Shown here piece after piece: positions 22,198 through 34,581 of a stretch of 39,635 nucleotides of DNA. Source of the stretch: Thraustochytrium aureum (lineage: Eukaryota); assembly GCA_012862495.1 (NCBI GenBank), contig BLSG01000353.1:142922-182556 (forward strand), read 5' to 3'. The notes below the pieces were generated by a model that did not search any database, was not told the origin of the DNA, and saw nothing but the letters and a program-made list of their open reading frames with translations. The number at the start of each line of letters is the position of its first letter. Positions within the stretch are counted from its first letter, which is position 1. The translations under genes were made by a program, and so were the position numbers.

Positions 22198-23350
22198 CCT
22201 CACGACCGCCGCACCAAACGCCGCCCAAACGCCGCCACAAACGCCGCCAAGTCCTCACGACCGCCGCAACAAACGCCGCCAAGTCCACGGAAACGAAAGC
22301 CCGGCGCGTCTCTCCTCGATGCAGAATGCTCGACGCCAACGCCGCTCTGCACCAGCTCAACGCGCGCTTGCACCAGCTGCTCTCCGTTCGGGGTCTGCTT
22401 CAACAGTTGCGGGTCTGCTGGATCACNNNNNNNNNNNNNNNNNNNNNNNNNNNNNNNNNNNNNNNNNNNNNNNNNNNNNNNNNNNNNNNNNNNNNNNNNN
22501 NNNNNNNNNNNNNNNNNNNNNNNNNNNNNNNNNNNNNNNNNNNNNNNNNNNNNNNNNNNNNNNNNNNNNNNNNNNNNNNNNNNNNNNNNNNNNNNNNNNN
22601 NNNNNNNNNNNNNNNNNNNNNNNNNNNNNNNNNNNNNNNNNNNNNNNNNNNNNNNNNNNNNNNNNNNNNNNNNNNNNNNNNNNNNNNNNNNNNNNNNNNN
22701 NNNNNNNNNNNNNNNNNNNNNNNNNNNNNNNNNNNNNNNNNNNNNNNNNNNNNNNNNNNNNNNNNNNNNNNNNNNNNNNNNNNNNNNNNNNNNNNNNNNN
22801 NNNNNNNNNNNNNNNNNNNNNNNNNNNNNNNNNNNNNNNNNNNNNNNNNNNNNNNNNNNNNNNNNNNNNNNNNNNNNNNNNNNNNNNNNNNNNNNNNNNN
22901 NNNNNNNNNNNNNNNNNNNNNNNNNNNNNNNNNNNNNNNNNNNNNNNNNNNNNNNNNNNNNNNNNNNNNNNNNNNNNNNNNNNNNNNNNNNNNNNNNNNN
23001 NNNNNNNNNNNNNNNNNNNNNNNNNNNNNNNNNNNNNNNNNNNNNNNNNNNNNNNNNNNNNNNNNNNNNNNNNNNNNNNNNNNNNNNNNNNNNNNNNNNN
23101 NNNNNNNNNNNNNNNNNNNNNNNNNNNNNNNNNNNNNNNNNNNNNNNNNNNNNNNNNNNNNNNNNNNNNNNNNNNNNNNNNNNNNNNNNNNNNNNNNNNN
23201 NNNNNNNNNNNNNNNNNNNNNNNNNNNNNNNNNNNNNNNNNNNNNNNNNNNNNNNNNNNNNNNNNNNNNNNNNNNNNNNNNNNNNNNNNNNNNNNNNNNN
23301 NNNNNNNNNNNNNNNNNNNNNNNNNNNNNNNNNNNNNNNNNNNNNNNNNC

Positions 23351-24558
23351 CGCGGCCGTCCTGCGGAGCGCGGAGAGGGCGCCCGATGGCCGCGCCCGCA
23401 CCGCGTTCGGGTCGCTCCAGCGGCTGCCATCGAGGCCACCAACGCGCAAGCTGGCGCCGCAGTGGCTGGGGTTGCGGCAGGGCGCAGTGCAGCGCGGCAG
23501 GGTGGCCAGGTTGACGCTGGGACGCGGGCCGGGCGCCACACGAGCGGCGGCCTCGAGCGGCGCAAGCAAAGGCCCGCACGCAGACACCTGCGTCCCGGAC
23601 GGGCTCGTGAATAGACTGCGCGAACTCGACCGGTTCATCCAGGCGCGCATCCTGGCCTTCTTTCAGCGCCAATGCGCAGACTGCGGGCGCACGCGGCTTG
23701 TGGGCGAGGCCTGCACCTGCTTGGCCTGCACCGTTTGCGCCAAGCGCATCTCCGTGCTGGAGCCCGCGCTTGCGACTGGTGCGGGCGCACGGTCTGCAAC
23801 CCGCCGTGGCGCGGCTTGGCGGACGAACAGAGCACGGCGGCGGGCCTGCCTCGAGCACAACCCGAACGAGCACAGGTTTGATGAGTACCTGTGCAGCGGT
23901 TGTGCTGACATGCACAAGTGGGTGTGCTGCGCCTGCGGGGCCAAGTCCTTTTCGCGATACGGCGCGAAGACGTGCTGGGAGGTGCGGGGGGCTTGCGTGC
24001 GCCGGGTGTATCGAGACGATGGGCCGCGAGTATCTCTGGGCTGGCCCTGCTATTCGCCGCGTTTTGTGCACCTCGTGCTATGATGCTTGGGCGCGGTGCC
24101 CCTCGTGCGCCGTGGTGGAGCCTGATCGAGACGATGCCTGGGTGAACAACGCCCAGCTGCAAAGCTCGGCCGCTTGCGTGCTTTGCAAGGACAAGGTTTG
24201 CTCACGTTGCTTGGCTGGAGGCAACGAGTCGGACGTCCTTGCGTTGTGCTCGGAGGTCGCGCAGCCGGCTGGCCTTTGGTCCCTCGCGTGCGACAGCCAC
24301 GCGGAGTTTGCCCCGAGATCTTTGCTGAGTGGAGATGACCCTTCGAACTGCAGTGGCCTCGTCTTGGTGCGCGCCTGCAGAGCCTGCGTTTCGTCGAGCA
24401 CGGCCGCTTGTGGGGCCTGTGCGCGGCGCTTTTCTCTGCGAGCCGCCCAGCGCGGCTTTGCTGCCTGCCAAGACTGCGAATCTAGTATGCTGTGCCCGTC
24501 TTGCCAGGACAATGGCAGCTTTGACTGTTCGGGCTGCGTGCGTGCCTGCGCTGTATAG
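23351..24558 (+). CDS. Cysteine-rich (multiple CxxC) protein, probably Zn-binding; 5' part in gap (possible ATG at 22326), frameshift at ~23978
   Basis: CADC, CLAC, CTVC, CSGC, CCAC, CWRC (after removing one G), CAGC, CTSC, CPSC, CVLC, CSRC, CRAC, CGAC, CQDC, CPSC, CSGC; stop TAG 24556-24558. Confidence 0.65.
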
Positions 24559-25207
24559 AGCCCTCTTGCCGCCTTGTTCGCTCCCTGCTTGCTTGGGCGT
24601 ACCGGTGCCTCCTGTAGTCCTACTAAGTACGTACGTTCTCTGCTCGAGTGCGTTCAAACCACCTGCTACCCATGAAATCAGCTTCTCACCATTGAAACCC
24701 AAAAGCCAAGCTCGCCATCGCCGGCCACCGGGCGCAGCTCTCGCCCTCCTCATCGCCCTGCAGCAGTAGGCGCGTCGGTGAGCAGCTGGCCGTCAACTCC
24801 ACCCGTTGAGCGGGCTTGCTCGCGGTCCACGGGTCGTGACAACCAGTCCAGCGCTCAAAAAAACAACCGAGCACGCCATCGATCGCCAGCCGCCGGGCCT
24901 CCGCAGCCCCCTCGTCAAGGGCCTCATCGCCCTGCAGCAGCTGGCGCGATGGAGGACGTCTGCGGCGTTGAGTGATTCGACCAAGTCCACGAGCTCTGGG
25001 CTCCAAATTGTTGGATGTTTTCGAAGGCACTTTGAAGTTGGTTTGGTTGCGTCGTTGTTGCGTACGCGCAGCAGTTGAGGAGTCCGCTCGCGAGCGCTGC
25101 GCACTCCGGGGCTCTCGAGCTCCAGCGCAAGGCCTCGAGCAAGCTAGGTCTCTCTAGGTCTAGCTCGAGCTCTTTGGGGAGAGCTGGCTGCTGTTGTGGA
25201 GGGGTCG

Positions 25208-26865
25208 ATGGAGCGGCCGCGAAATGCGGCGGCCAAGGCCGCTCGGCGACGGCCGCTCGAGGCGTCGAGGTCGCTGAAAGAGATGGAGGCCTCGATCCAA
25301 AAGCTGCTGCAGGAGAATAGCTCGAGCTTGAGCGCCATCGCGGGATCCGTCGACGAGGCCGGCAGGGGCGCAGCAGCGACGGCCAGGGCGCCGGATGATC
25401 AGCTCGAGGCACTCCTGGACGGGTCAGGCCGCCAGATGGACCAGTGCCGCCGTGGATTGCCGCCAACTCCGCCGTCGCGAACGGCGCCGAGACCAGGCAC
25501 GCGCGTATTGCCGACCTGTGCGACGCAGACAAGGCCAAGATCGCCAAGCTGATCCAACAGGTCGTGGCGCTGACCAAGGAGAACGAAGAGCTCGCCAACG
25601 CGCTGGACGAGGCCCAGGCGCAGCGCGCAGCTAGCGCGGAAGAATTTCGCCGCGAGGCAGCCGCCTGGGAGCGCAAGTACAAGGAGACGCGCGAAAAGTT
25701 TGCCAAGAGCCTCACGATGCTCAAGACGTACCAGGACCGCATCGGCGAACTGCAAGAGGACTCGCGCCGAGAACGGGCCGAAGCCGAACGCCGCGACTCC
25801 ACAGAGATATCCCGCCTCAAGGAGCAGGTGGGGCGCCTCATGGAGGTCATTGTAAACCGCGACACTGCTCAGATGCATCAGCAGCAAGAGCAACAAAACC
25901 AGACCACGTCTTCCGCGGAAGACCGCAAGGTCGCTCTCAAGGCCAAGCTCCATGCAGCCGAGCAAGAGCTCGAGCGCGAGAGAGCCACCGTCGACTCGGC
26001 GTTGACGGCCAGCGCCAGCGCACGCGAGCGCTTCCAGGCCAAAATGGAGGAGCACCAAGACATTCGCAGGGCGCTCGAGGCGGAACTCGAAGAAGAAGTG
26101 AGCGCGCTGCGCGCCAGGCATGCTCGTTCAGGCGCTGGGCTGCCAAATGACGCTGCGGCAACATCGAGCGAGGGCGGGCTCGCAGCCACACACGATCGCC
26201 TGTCCGAAATACTGCGCGACGAGGGCTTGGACAGCCCGCGGAGCAGGGATCGCTCCCCCTCGCCAAGCCCGAGGCAAGGACTTCAAGCGCAGCGGCCGCC
26301 GGAGCCTGCGGATGTCCTGCTCCTCAACATTGGCCCTGCCCGGTTCGAGAGCGCGCTCAGCCCTGTTGGCAAGCAGGCAAAATCGTTGGACGACCACGCT
26401 CTGCTGTCTGCGATCGAGCGCCGCGAGGCTCGAGTGCAGTCAAGCAGCACGCAAGCCGTAACGCGAAAGACGCCGCCCGAAGCCCACGCGAGCAACGGCA
26501 GCGAAGATCGGCAGGCTATTGATCCGACGGAGGTCGATGCTGCCGCTGAGGACGACGTCCTCGAGTCCTTCCTCCTGTCACAGCGAGCGCGGCGCGCCAA
26601 GCGCGGCAATCACGAGGCCGAGGGGATCTCTGCGCAGGAACCAACCGAGGAGCGGCGTCCAACGCAGCGCGCCACAGTGGCGAGCCGCCCTCCAGCCAGC
26701 AGGGACGGGCTCTGGACAGACGACGAGGACTCTACGCTTTTTGAGAGCGGCGCGTTGGGCATTCTGGACCCTGTCGCGTTCGAGAACAGCCGATTCGAGA
26801 CGTCGCTGTTTGACGTCATCGAGGAGCTGGAACGTGGCGACGTTGGGGAGGTGGCACGCCGCTGA
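25208..26865 (+). CDS. Hinderin (KIAA1328)-like coiled-coil protein; frameshift at ~25454
   Basis: RIADLCDADKAKIAKLIQQVVALTKENEEL resembles the recalled hinderin motif LKDLCxEDKRRIANLIxELA. Followed by heptad-rich coiled coil (SLTMLKTYQDRI). Start ATG at 25208 or 25283. Confidence 0.7.
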
Positions 26866-27324
26866 GGGCAGCGGTGGGGTTCCTCCTCGATGCGACGGAT
26901 GCCTCGCAGGAGGCGCTGCTCCGGCATTCGAAAGATGCGGCCAGGGTGACCTCGTGTCGGGCTGTGCCCTATCGTCAGACGTTGACCGGTCTGATCTGGC
27001 AGTTCTCCCCGGCCCGGACTGCGCCTCTTGCGGAGGAGAGGCGCACTTGGTACGTCGAGCCTATTCGCTGCATTCGTGTGAAGCACGCCGGTCTTAGTTT
27101 GCCGAACAACACTTTACAAAAGAAGGACTTTACTCTAGCTAGAGGGTTTCACGCAGCAGCGGCGCAGCGGCTCGCTCCGCGCCCACCGTCCATGCGCTGC
27201 TACTTCGCCGGCGGGCTGGCGTTGAGCCCTCCGCCTTCGCGACGAAGACGTTTCAGTGCACATGTGTCATCAACGCGACTGGCTCGAGCTCTCTAGCTCG
27301 CTCTAGAGAGAGAGAGCTCCCGAG

Positions 27325-29930
27325 CTAGCTCACGAGCGAGTTCTGGAGCTCAGCGTTGTTGGCATGGGCGTTGGCCTGGTCGAGCGCGCTCGAGCGGAGT
27401 CCCAAGCTTGACGAGCTGGACTCTTTGAAAACTTCCACTTCTGGGCCGCTGTCGAGCCGGTCGATGACCTCGACGCCAAGGTCGTCCTCGTCCACGAGCG
27501 TGTCGCCGTCATCCGAGCTGCAACGCGACATGCGCCTGCCGAGCTGCTCCTCTTGCGCGCCGCCTCGCCCTGGTTTGAGCTTTTCGTCAGAGGAACAAGC
27601 AAGGGCAGGGTGGACGGGGATGGAAAAGGCGCCCGACGCACTCGGCGTGTCGCTCTCGTGCTCGATGCTCGGGCTTGCCTCACGCACCTGATCAAGACTG
27701 CTTGCGTAATACGGCGAGATGGGAAGCGGGTGTGAACCAAGATTCGCTGGCGTTGCTGGGGAGGCAGCCCCAACGAGCATCGCGGGCCAGGCCCCATCGA
27801 GCCGCTCGTCGCCGTCATCCGTCGACGGCGCGGCAGACGCCCAGGAGGCGCCCTTTGGCGAACCGAAGTGGCTCTTCGGCGTCGAGGGCACGGCAGGAGA
27901 CGCCGCTCCTTCGTCAACAGTAGCCGACAGTGTCGAGGCATCCAGTTGGCCCGCCTCTTCCGAGGAAGCCGACGCTTGAGACGCTTGCGACGCGATCTCG
28001 GTTGAGGAAGTAGCTGTACACAGCTGGTCGCGCGCACTGCTCGATCGGCTTGTGGGGCCGAGGAGTCGGGCTCGGTGAAGACGCTCTCCGTGTCCGTGAC
28101 GCTCTCGGCAGCGCTAAAGTAGTTGTCCGGCTGGTTGTCGAAGAGGCCGCCGTCCGGGAACGAGACAGCTGTCCTGGGCGAGCCTAGAATGTCCCTCTCC
28201 AGATCGCTAATCGCAGGGACATCGACTTGGAGGCGGCGGCGCGAGCCGTGCACCATGACTGTGCAGAAACTCTTCGCGCGAGATCCGCCGGTCCGAGTTG
28301 AGGTCGCCATCCTTGATGAGGTTCTCAACCTCGCGTTTAGAAAAGCCCTTGCCGAGCAGGCGCTGCATGCTACGCATGGTTATGTATCCAGAGTCGTCCT
28401 TGAGGTGGTTGAAGGCAACCTCGACCATTCGGAGCGTGATGGGGCGGTCAGTCTCGAGGGCGGCCGCGAGAAACTCCATGTAGCGCACAACGCCAGTTCG
28501 GTCGAGGTCGATGCAGCGGAACGCGCGCGCGATCTCGTCCTGCGACACGGTCGGGTCCCGGGCCTTGACAAAGTCGGACAACTCCTCGTAGGTGATGTAG
28601 CCCTGCCTGTTTTTGTCGATGCAGAGGAAGCAGTTGTTGTACTGGTCGTCCTGAAAGTCCGAGTAGTGGTGGGCGATTACCATCAGCGCTGTCTTCTTGA
28701 GAACCGAGTAGGAGGCGTAGTGGCGCATCGAGTTGATCACGCGGAGCTCAAAGTCGAACGAGGAGCTCGGGCGCCGGTTCATGAGCGAGTTGTTCGTTGG
28801 CGCGCCGCGCAGCCAAGGCGAGTTGAGCGCGCGCTCGGCCGAGTAGCGCAGATCGGGTTTCGTGACGAGGCAGTTTTGCACAAAGCGGCGGGCCTCGCCC
28901 GACATCTTCTCCCAGTGCTTGGTGGCGTAGTTTGGGGGCCGCTTGGCGCGCTCAAACACCTCGCGCTCGTTCTTGCCGGTGAAAGGGGGGCGCCGCGCGA
29001 TCAGCATGTAGGTGAGGACGCCAATGGCCCACATGTCCACCTTCTCGGCGACGTAGCCCTTGCTGTCCAGCATCTCGGGCGGCATGTAGAATGCCGTGCC
29101 GCACGTCGTGCGGAACAGCCGCGACTGCATAATCTGCTTCTTCGTGGGCGTTGTCGAAGACGCGGACGTCGAGGAGAACCGGCGCGGGGTGCCTCCACTG
29201 CGCCGCCGCTCGACAGAGGAGCGCGCGCTGCGGGGCGGCTTTTTCGAGGAGCCGGACGAGCCCGATGCGGAGCTCAAATCGCAGTCGGCGTCGTTCGACA
29301 GGGTAATCCGCGCCGCTCCTCCATGCGCTGTCGCTCGGCCACGAGCTCGTCGCTGTAGAATCGCCCGCCGAGACCAAAGTCGATCACTTTGACGTTTGAG
29401 TCGGGGCTTTCCGTGGAGTACAGGACGTTTTCCAACTTGAGGTCGCGGTGCACCACACCGCGCAGATGAAAGTACCGGACCGCGCTGACAACCTGGTGGA
29501 CCACGGCGCGAATCTCCTCCTCGGTCTCCAGCATGCGTTTGGAGAGGTCGCCGCCCGTCAGGAGTTCCATGATCAGCTTGATTGTGTTGCTCTTGTCGTC
29601 TTGGAACACCTCGTGCAGCTTGACGATGTTGGGGTGGTCCAGCTGCCGCAGGATGTCGATCTCTGTTTTGAGCTCCTTGAGCTGCGCCTTGTCGATCTTT
29701 TCCAGGTTGATAGTCTTCATTGCAAACTTTTTCCCTGTTGCGATGTGCACCACCTCGCGCACCGACCCGGTGATGCCCTCGCCCAGGAGCTTGCCTTCTG
29801 TGTACGTCTGCGAGTATGCGTCAGTGTTGTTGCGCTTGATGAGGTTCGTCTGGAACGTGTCTATGTGCTGCTTGCCGCTTGAAGCATCTCGCGCGTCTTT
29901 GGACGACAGTTTGCTCACGAGCTTGCCCAT
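27325..29930 (-). CDS. Calcium-dependent protein kinase (CDPK) with N-myristoylation signal, activation-loop insertion, EF-hands and long C-terminal tail; frameshifts at ~29316, ~28267, ~28054
   Basis: MGKLVS. Kinase motifs LLGEGITGSV, FAMK, LDHPNIVKLHEVF, HRDLKLENVL, VKVIDFGL, CGTAFYMPPE, DMWAIGV. Junction SVLKKTALMVIA. EF-hands DKNRQGYITYEE, DLDRTGVVRYME, degenerate KDDSGYITMRSM, DLNSDRRISREE(FCTVM). Confidence 0.9.
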
Positions 29931-31250
29931 CGTCTCCAGCGGCTGCGCAGACCCGCACTCCTTTGCCCAGTCCCTCCACGAGCCCTCGCAGGCGTCTCAG
30001 ACCGCGCGGGTGCGTTGCCCTGATTTTCTGCGGGTCGCCGCAGCGAATTTCCGCAGGCGTCGTGCTCGCGGCTCGCGTCCGGTGCCCCAAGCAAAGTCTG
30101 CCTGCGCGTTGTTCCGGCAGGAGCACTTCTGGGGCTATGGTAGAGTAGAGTAGCCCTCTGCTGGTCTGCGCGGTATCGCACGCAGAGCCAGCCTGCTTGC
30201 ACGTTGCTCTGGCAGGTGCTTTGCTCGTCGCGTCCGCTGTCCACCGCAACGTCTGTATGCTCGGCGCTCCGCTCTAGGGCAACGGTACTCGTCTGCTCTG
30301 GCGGTCTCGTACTGCCGCGTCCTCTGCACGTACGCCCGCCAGGTGTTCTGGCGGTCTGGTACTGTGGGGGGGGGCGCGCACAGCAATTGCGTACTTTGTC
30401 GGTCGGTCGGGTGTCCCCAGTGAGATCCTCTGCGCTCGTTCCTCCGGCGGCCGCGCCCGGTCTCTGCGCTCGGCGGAGGCGCTCCCCAGGGCGGTCTGCT
30501 GCTCCGCTGCTCGCGTTGCGTGTCTGCTGCCCTGCTCGGGTATGTTCTGTTGCTCCGCTACTCATCGAGCAAGTCGCCTTGTGCGTTGCTCCTGCAAGCA
30601 TCCCCTTCGCGCTGCTTNNNNNNNNNNNNNNNNNNNNNNNNNNNNNNNNNNNNNNNNNNNNNNNNNNNNNNNNNNNNNNNNNNNNNNNNNNNNNNNNNNN
30701 NNNNNNNNNNNNNNNNNNNNNNNNNNNNNNNNNNNNNNNNNNNNNNNNNNNNNNNNNNNNNNNNNNNNNNNNNNNNNNNNNNNNNNNNNNNNNNNNNNNN
30801 NNNNNNNNNNNNNNNNNNNNNNNNNNNNNNNNNNNNNNNNNNNNNNNNNNNNNNNNNNNNNNNNNNNNNNNNNNNNNNNNNNNNNNNNNNNNNNNNNNNN
30901 NNNNNNNNNNNNNNNNNNNNNNNNNNNNNNNNNNNNNNNNNNNNNNNNNNNNNNNNNNNNNNNNNNGCAACTGCGGCATCGACGAGATGGAAGAGCACGA
31001 CAACCGCACACCCGCGTACTCAAGATCTCCCCGAGGACCACCTGCTTCGTCGATGCCAAGGACGTGGCAGCACACGGAGCGTCAGCAGCGACATCGACGA
31101 GACGGACGCCGCGCAAAGCGCCGAGCCGCCGACCAGCAGCTCGTCCAGCAGGACCTGCGGCAGCCCCTGCATCCCTCCATCCTGCTGTCCTGCATGGCGA
31201 GCAGCAGAACAGCGAACGAACACGACAGGCGCAGGCGCGCGCAGCACACA

Positions 31251-31300
31251 CGCAGGCAGGCAGGCGCGCAGGCAGGCAGGCAGGCAGGCGCGCAGGCAGG
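31251..31300 (+). repeat. (GCAG)n / GCAGGCGC microsatellite upstream of a gene; similar tracts near 7990 and 8095
   Basis: cgcaggcaggcaggcgcgcaggcaggcaggcaggcaggcgcgcaggcagg. Confidence 0.8.
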
Positions 31301-31509
31301 GCCTAGTTGCTGCTGCGTTGCTGTGCTCGCCGCGAGTCGAGCTCCGCCAAGGTCGAGCTCCGGCGAGGAGGTCGATGAGCTGGCCCCCGGNGGGACGGGG
31401 CGCGACGGGGCAGCTCGAGCCAGCTCGCGGACGAGGCGCCTTCGGCGCGGCTGGCGGCGGGCTGAGCCATTGGCGAGGCGGTGGCGGGAGCGGGGCTTGG
31501 AAGCCGACG

Positions 31510-33514
31510 ATGAGACCGCCGGTGGGGAGCGGCCCAACGGAACTCCGGCAGTGGGAGGGCGCCGAGGACGAGGACGACGACGGCGGGACGGCCAAGTACG
31601 GCCTCAAGGGCCAACGGCTGCGGATGTTTGGGATAGCGATCGCCCTGGCTTTCGGCCTTTTCCTGCTGGCGATTCAGGCAGAACAGTCGGAAAAGCGATA
31701 CATCGCCCAGGGCGCTCGAGCCAGGAATCCGTCGCCGTCGCTGCACGAGGTGATCCGCAGCTTCTCCGCCGGACCTGCGCGGGCGGGGCCGGTCGCTGAA
31801 CGGCCCAGTGCCGACGAAGCACTGCGCGACGTGATCCCCAAGCATTTGAAGGGCTCGCTGCCAATCGCCCCGCAGATGCCACCGCCTCCGAAGCGGCGAG
31901 CGCCGAACAGGTTACGGCCGCCGACCTAGGCTTGCCTAACGGCGGAGCGGCAGTCCTTCCGAACAGTGGCGCCGGCGACGCTTATCCGGAAGGAGGCTTC
32001 GTGAGGCGGCCGCGCATTCCTGCAGGGGCGCGCAACGGAGATGACGGCAAGCTGCACATTATCTTTTCAAGTGGGTGCAACTACTTTCAGCACTGGCAAA
32101 GCGAGCTCCTCCTCGCGACTGCCAAGATGGTCAACCAGCGCGGCCGCATCACGCGCATCGTGTCAGGGTGCCACGACAAGAGCGCCGAGATGGTGCAGCA
32201 CCGGCACCAAACCTTCCCTTCCGGCCCCGGCGACCTGCTCGTCCCGCTGAGCAAGCTCAACCGCTCGCTGAACGACGACTTTGGGCTCTACATCACCCCG
32301 AGCTTCCCGGGGGCACGGGACTTTCCCTGGATCAACAAGCCCAACTCGATCCGCTATTTCATGGAGAACGCGCGGGACGAGCTGGACCGCGAGGGCGAGA
32401 CCGTCATCGCAATCCTCGACCCGGACTTTATCTTCCTCAAACCGCTCACGCAGAGTGGGCTGGACCCGACGGAAATTATTGCAACGCGNNNNNNNNNNNN
32501 NNNNNNNNNNNNNNNNNNNNNNNNNNNNNNNNNNNNNNNNNNNNNNNNNNNNNNNNNNNNNNNNNNNNNNNNNNNNNNNNNNNNNNNNNNNNNNNNNNNN
32601 NNNNNNNNNNNNNNNNNNNNNNNNNNNNNNNNNNNNNNNNNNNNNNNNNNNNNNNNNNNNNNNNNNNNNNNNNNNNNNNNNNNNNNNNNNNNNNNNNNNN
32701 NNNNNNNNNNNNNNNNNNNNNNNNNNNNNNNNNNNNNNNNNNNNNNNNNNNNNNTGACGTGGCGGAGATCACTGGCGACCCGAAGAGCCCCGCAGTGACT
32801 TGGACCGAAAGCCAAGCGCGCCGGTACACGTCCGTTGGGCCGCCGCTCATGCTGCACGTCGACGACCTCACGACGCTCTCGCGCTACTGGAGCGAGTACA
32901 TGCCCCGCGTGCTCCGCCGCGACCATGACATCCTCGCCGACATGTGGGCGTACTCGATCGCTGCCGCGCACCTTGGCTTGCTGCACACCACGCTTGACCA
33001 GTACATGATCTCCAACCACGGCGTCACGGGCCAGGCCTATTCCTTTGTCAACCAGTGGCCAAAAGAAATGTCCTGCCGCAACCCACGGGCGCCGCCGGGC
33101 GCCAAGGTTCCTGTGTTTATCCACATGGCCTCAAACTTCAAGGCTCCAGACAAGCTTTACGGCCCTTGGATGTTTCACAAGGGCCACGTCCCGCCCGACA
33201 TCCTCGACTGCCACTCGCCTCTCCTCATCGAGGCACCAGACGACCTCCGAATGCAAGCCTTGGATTGGAAGGCCGAGCAGCATGCTTGGATCCTCTGCAA
33301 CATCGTGTCGCGCCTCAACCAAGTCGCGCTCGAGTACAAGACCAAGTTTTGCCCCGACGGATTTGAGTCGCGCAAGCTCGTTCGCCTCATCCAGCGCAAA
33401 ACCCGGGACAGGGGCTGCAGCAAGTCGCGGGATTTGTGGTGCTATCCGCTGGCCCAGATCGAGGGTCTCCCGGAGAATTGGCGCGAGATCATCGCGGCGT
33501 CGCGGAGTTTCTAG
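31510..33514 (+). CDS. Type II membrane glycosyltransferase of the peptidyl-serine alpha-galactosyltransferase (SGT1/GT96) / HPAT (GT95)-like clan; frameshift at ~31890, internal gap
   Basis: N-terminal TM MFGIAIALAFGLFLLAI. Motifs LHIIFSSGCNYFQHWQ...RITRIVSGC, WINKPNSIRYF, DxD motif AILDPDFIFLKPL, VGPPLMLH, ILADMWAYSIAAAHLGLLH, all resembling recalled SGT1 motifs. Confidence 0.85.
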
Positions 33515-34581
33515 GCGTGCTGCTCCGGCGCGCGAGCTGTGTGCAACGTTGTGCGTAACCGAAGGTACCCGGAAGGTGTTAGGTCCAAGGGCATCCGCCA
33601 ACGAATGCGGGCGGTCTAGCGCAGAAGCGCCGGGCTGGGCTAGGTTCTGCTTTCCCGTCGCACAGAGCCCGTCTATCAATTCGTCACTTCACGGTCACAA
33701 GCAAGTGTTTTGTGACCTGATTCGGAGCTCTCGAGGTAGTTTGAATTCGTGCATGGCTGTGCAGCTTCCCTTGGGTGTCTGTCTGTCTTCCTCGCCCAGC
33801 TGTCTCGCCGTGCGAATCAAAAGGTTTATTGAGCGCAGAAATGCGTGCGATTCAGAAATGCTTCCAGGCGGCTCGGAATTGTAGTTGTTGTTGTTGTCGT
33901 CGTCGTTGTTGCAGGCCGCCTCCTGGCTCTCACGGCCCTGCTTCCCCTGCATCGCGCGCTGACGTAGTTTGACGTTGCTTGTCTGCATGGTCCGCCGTTT
34001 CTCAAGCCACCTCCGAAACCAAGAGCATGTAGCCGTTAGAGTCGTTTCTCTCCACCTCACCTCGTGGGAAAACAGCGCGAGCTAGTGTCCAGCGACCTCT
34101 GCGAGAGCATTGGAGTGGTTCGCGGAATGCCAGGCCGCGACACGAACGCTGCGGCGCTCTGGCGCTGCATGCATTGCGGGCCGCCGCAGCTCCTCCGGCG
34201 GCGTCAACTCGAAACCCACGCGAGAAAATTGCGCGGCTACCTCGGTTCGCGTTCAAACGGCCGAAGCGATTCAGCAGGTCGACTCGTCCAACGCATCTAT
34301 AGATTGACTGACCACAGAAAGCGCCTGCAGCGTACGAATCTGCTCGCAGACCCAGACTACAGCCCGACGTCAAGGCGGCGACCCGCCGCGCGGGCCAAGT
34401 CGCTCGGTACCAAGACCAGCACCGCCCGCGAAAGCGCCAGGAGATCGCTCGAGATTGTCGCATTTTATCGCAACGCGTCCGGCCCGGCGCTACTGCCTGC
34501 CTGGGTGCCCGCCGGCTGACGAGGGATATGGTCGAGGCCGGGCCCTGCTAGCAACACGCGAGCGAAGGCAGGACGAGCCAG

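Noticed and set aside
30100..31500. Coding potential between the CDPK and the glycosyltransferase
   Set aside because: Low-complexity, microsatellite-rich, gap-containing sequence; the ORFs are long only because of Ns.
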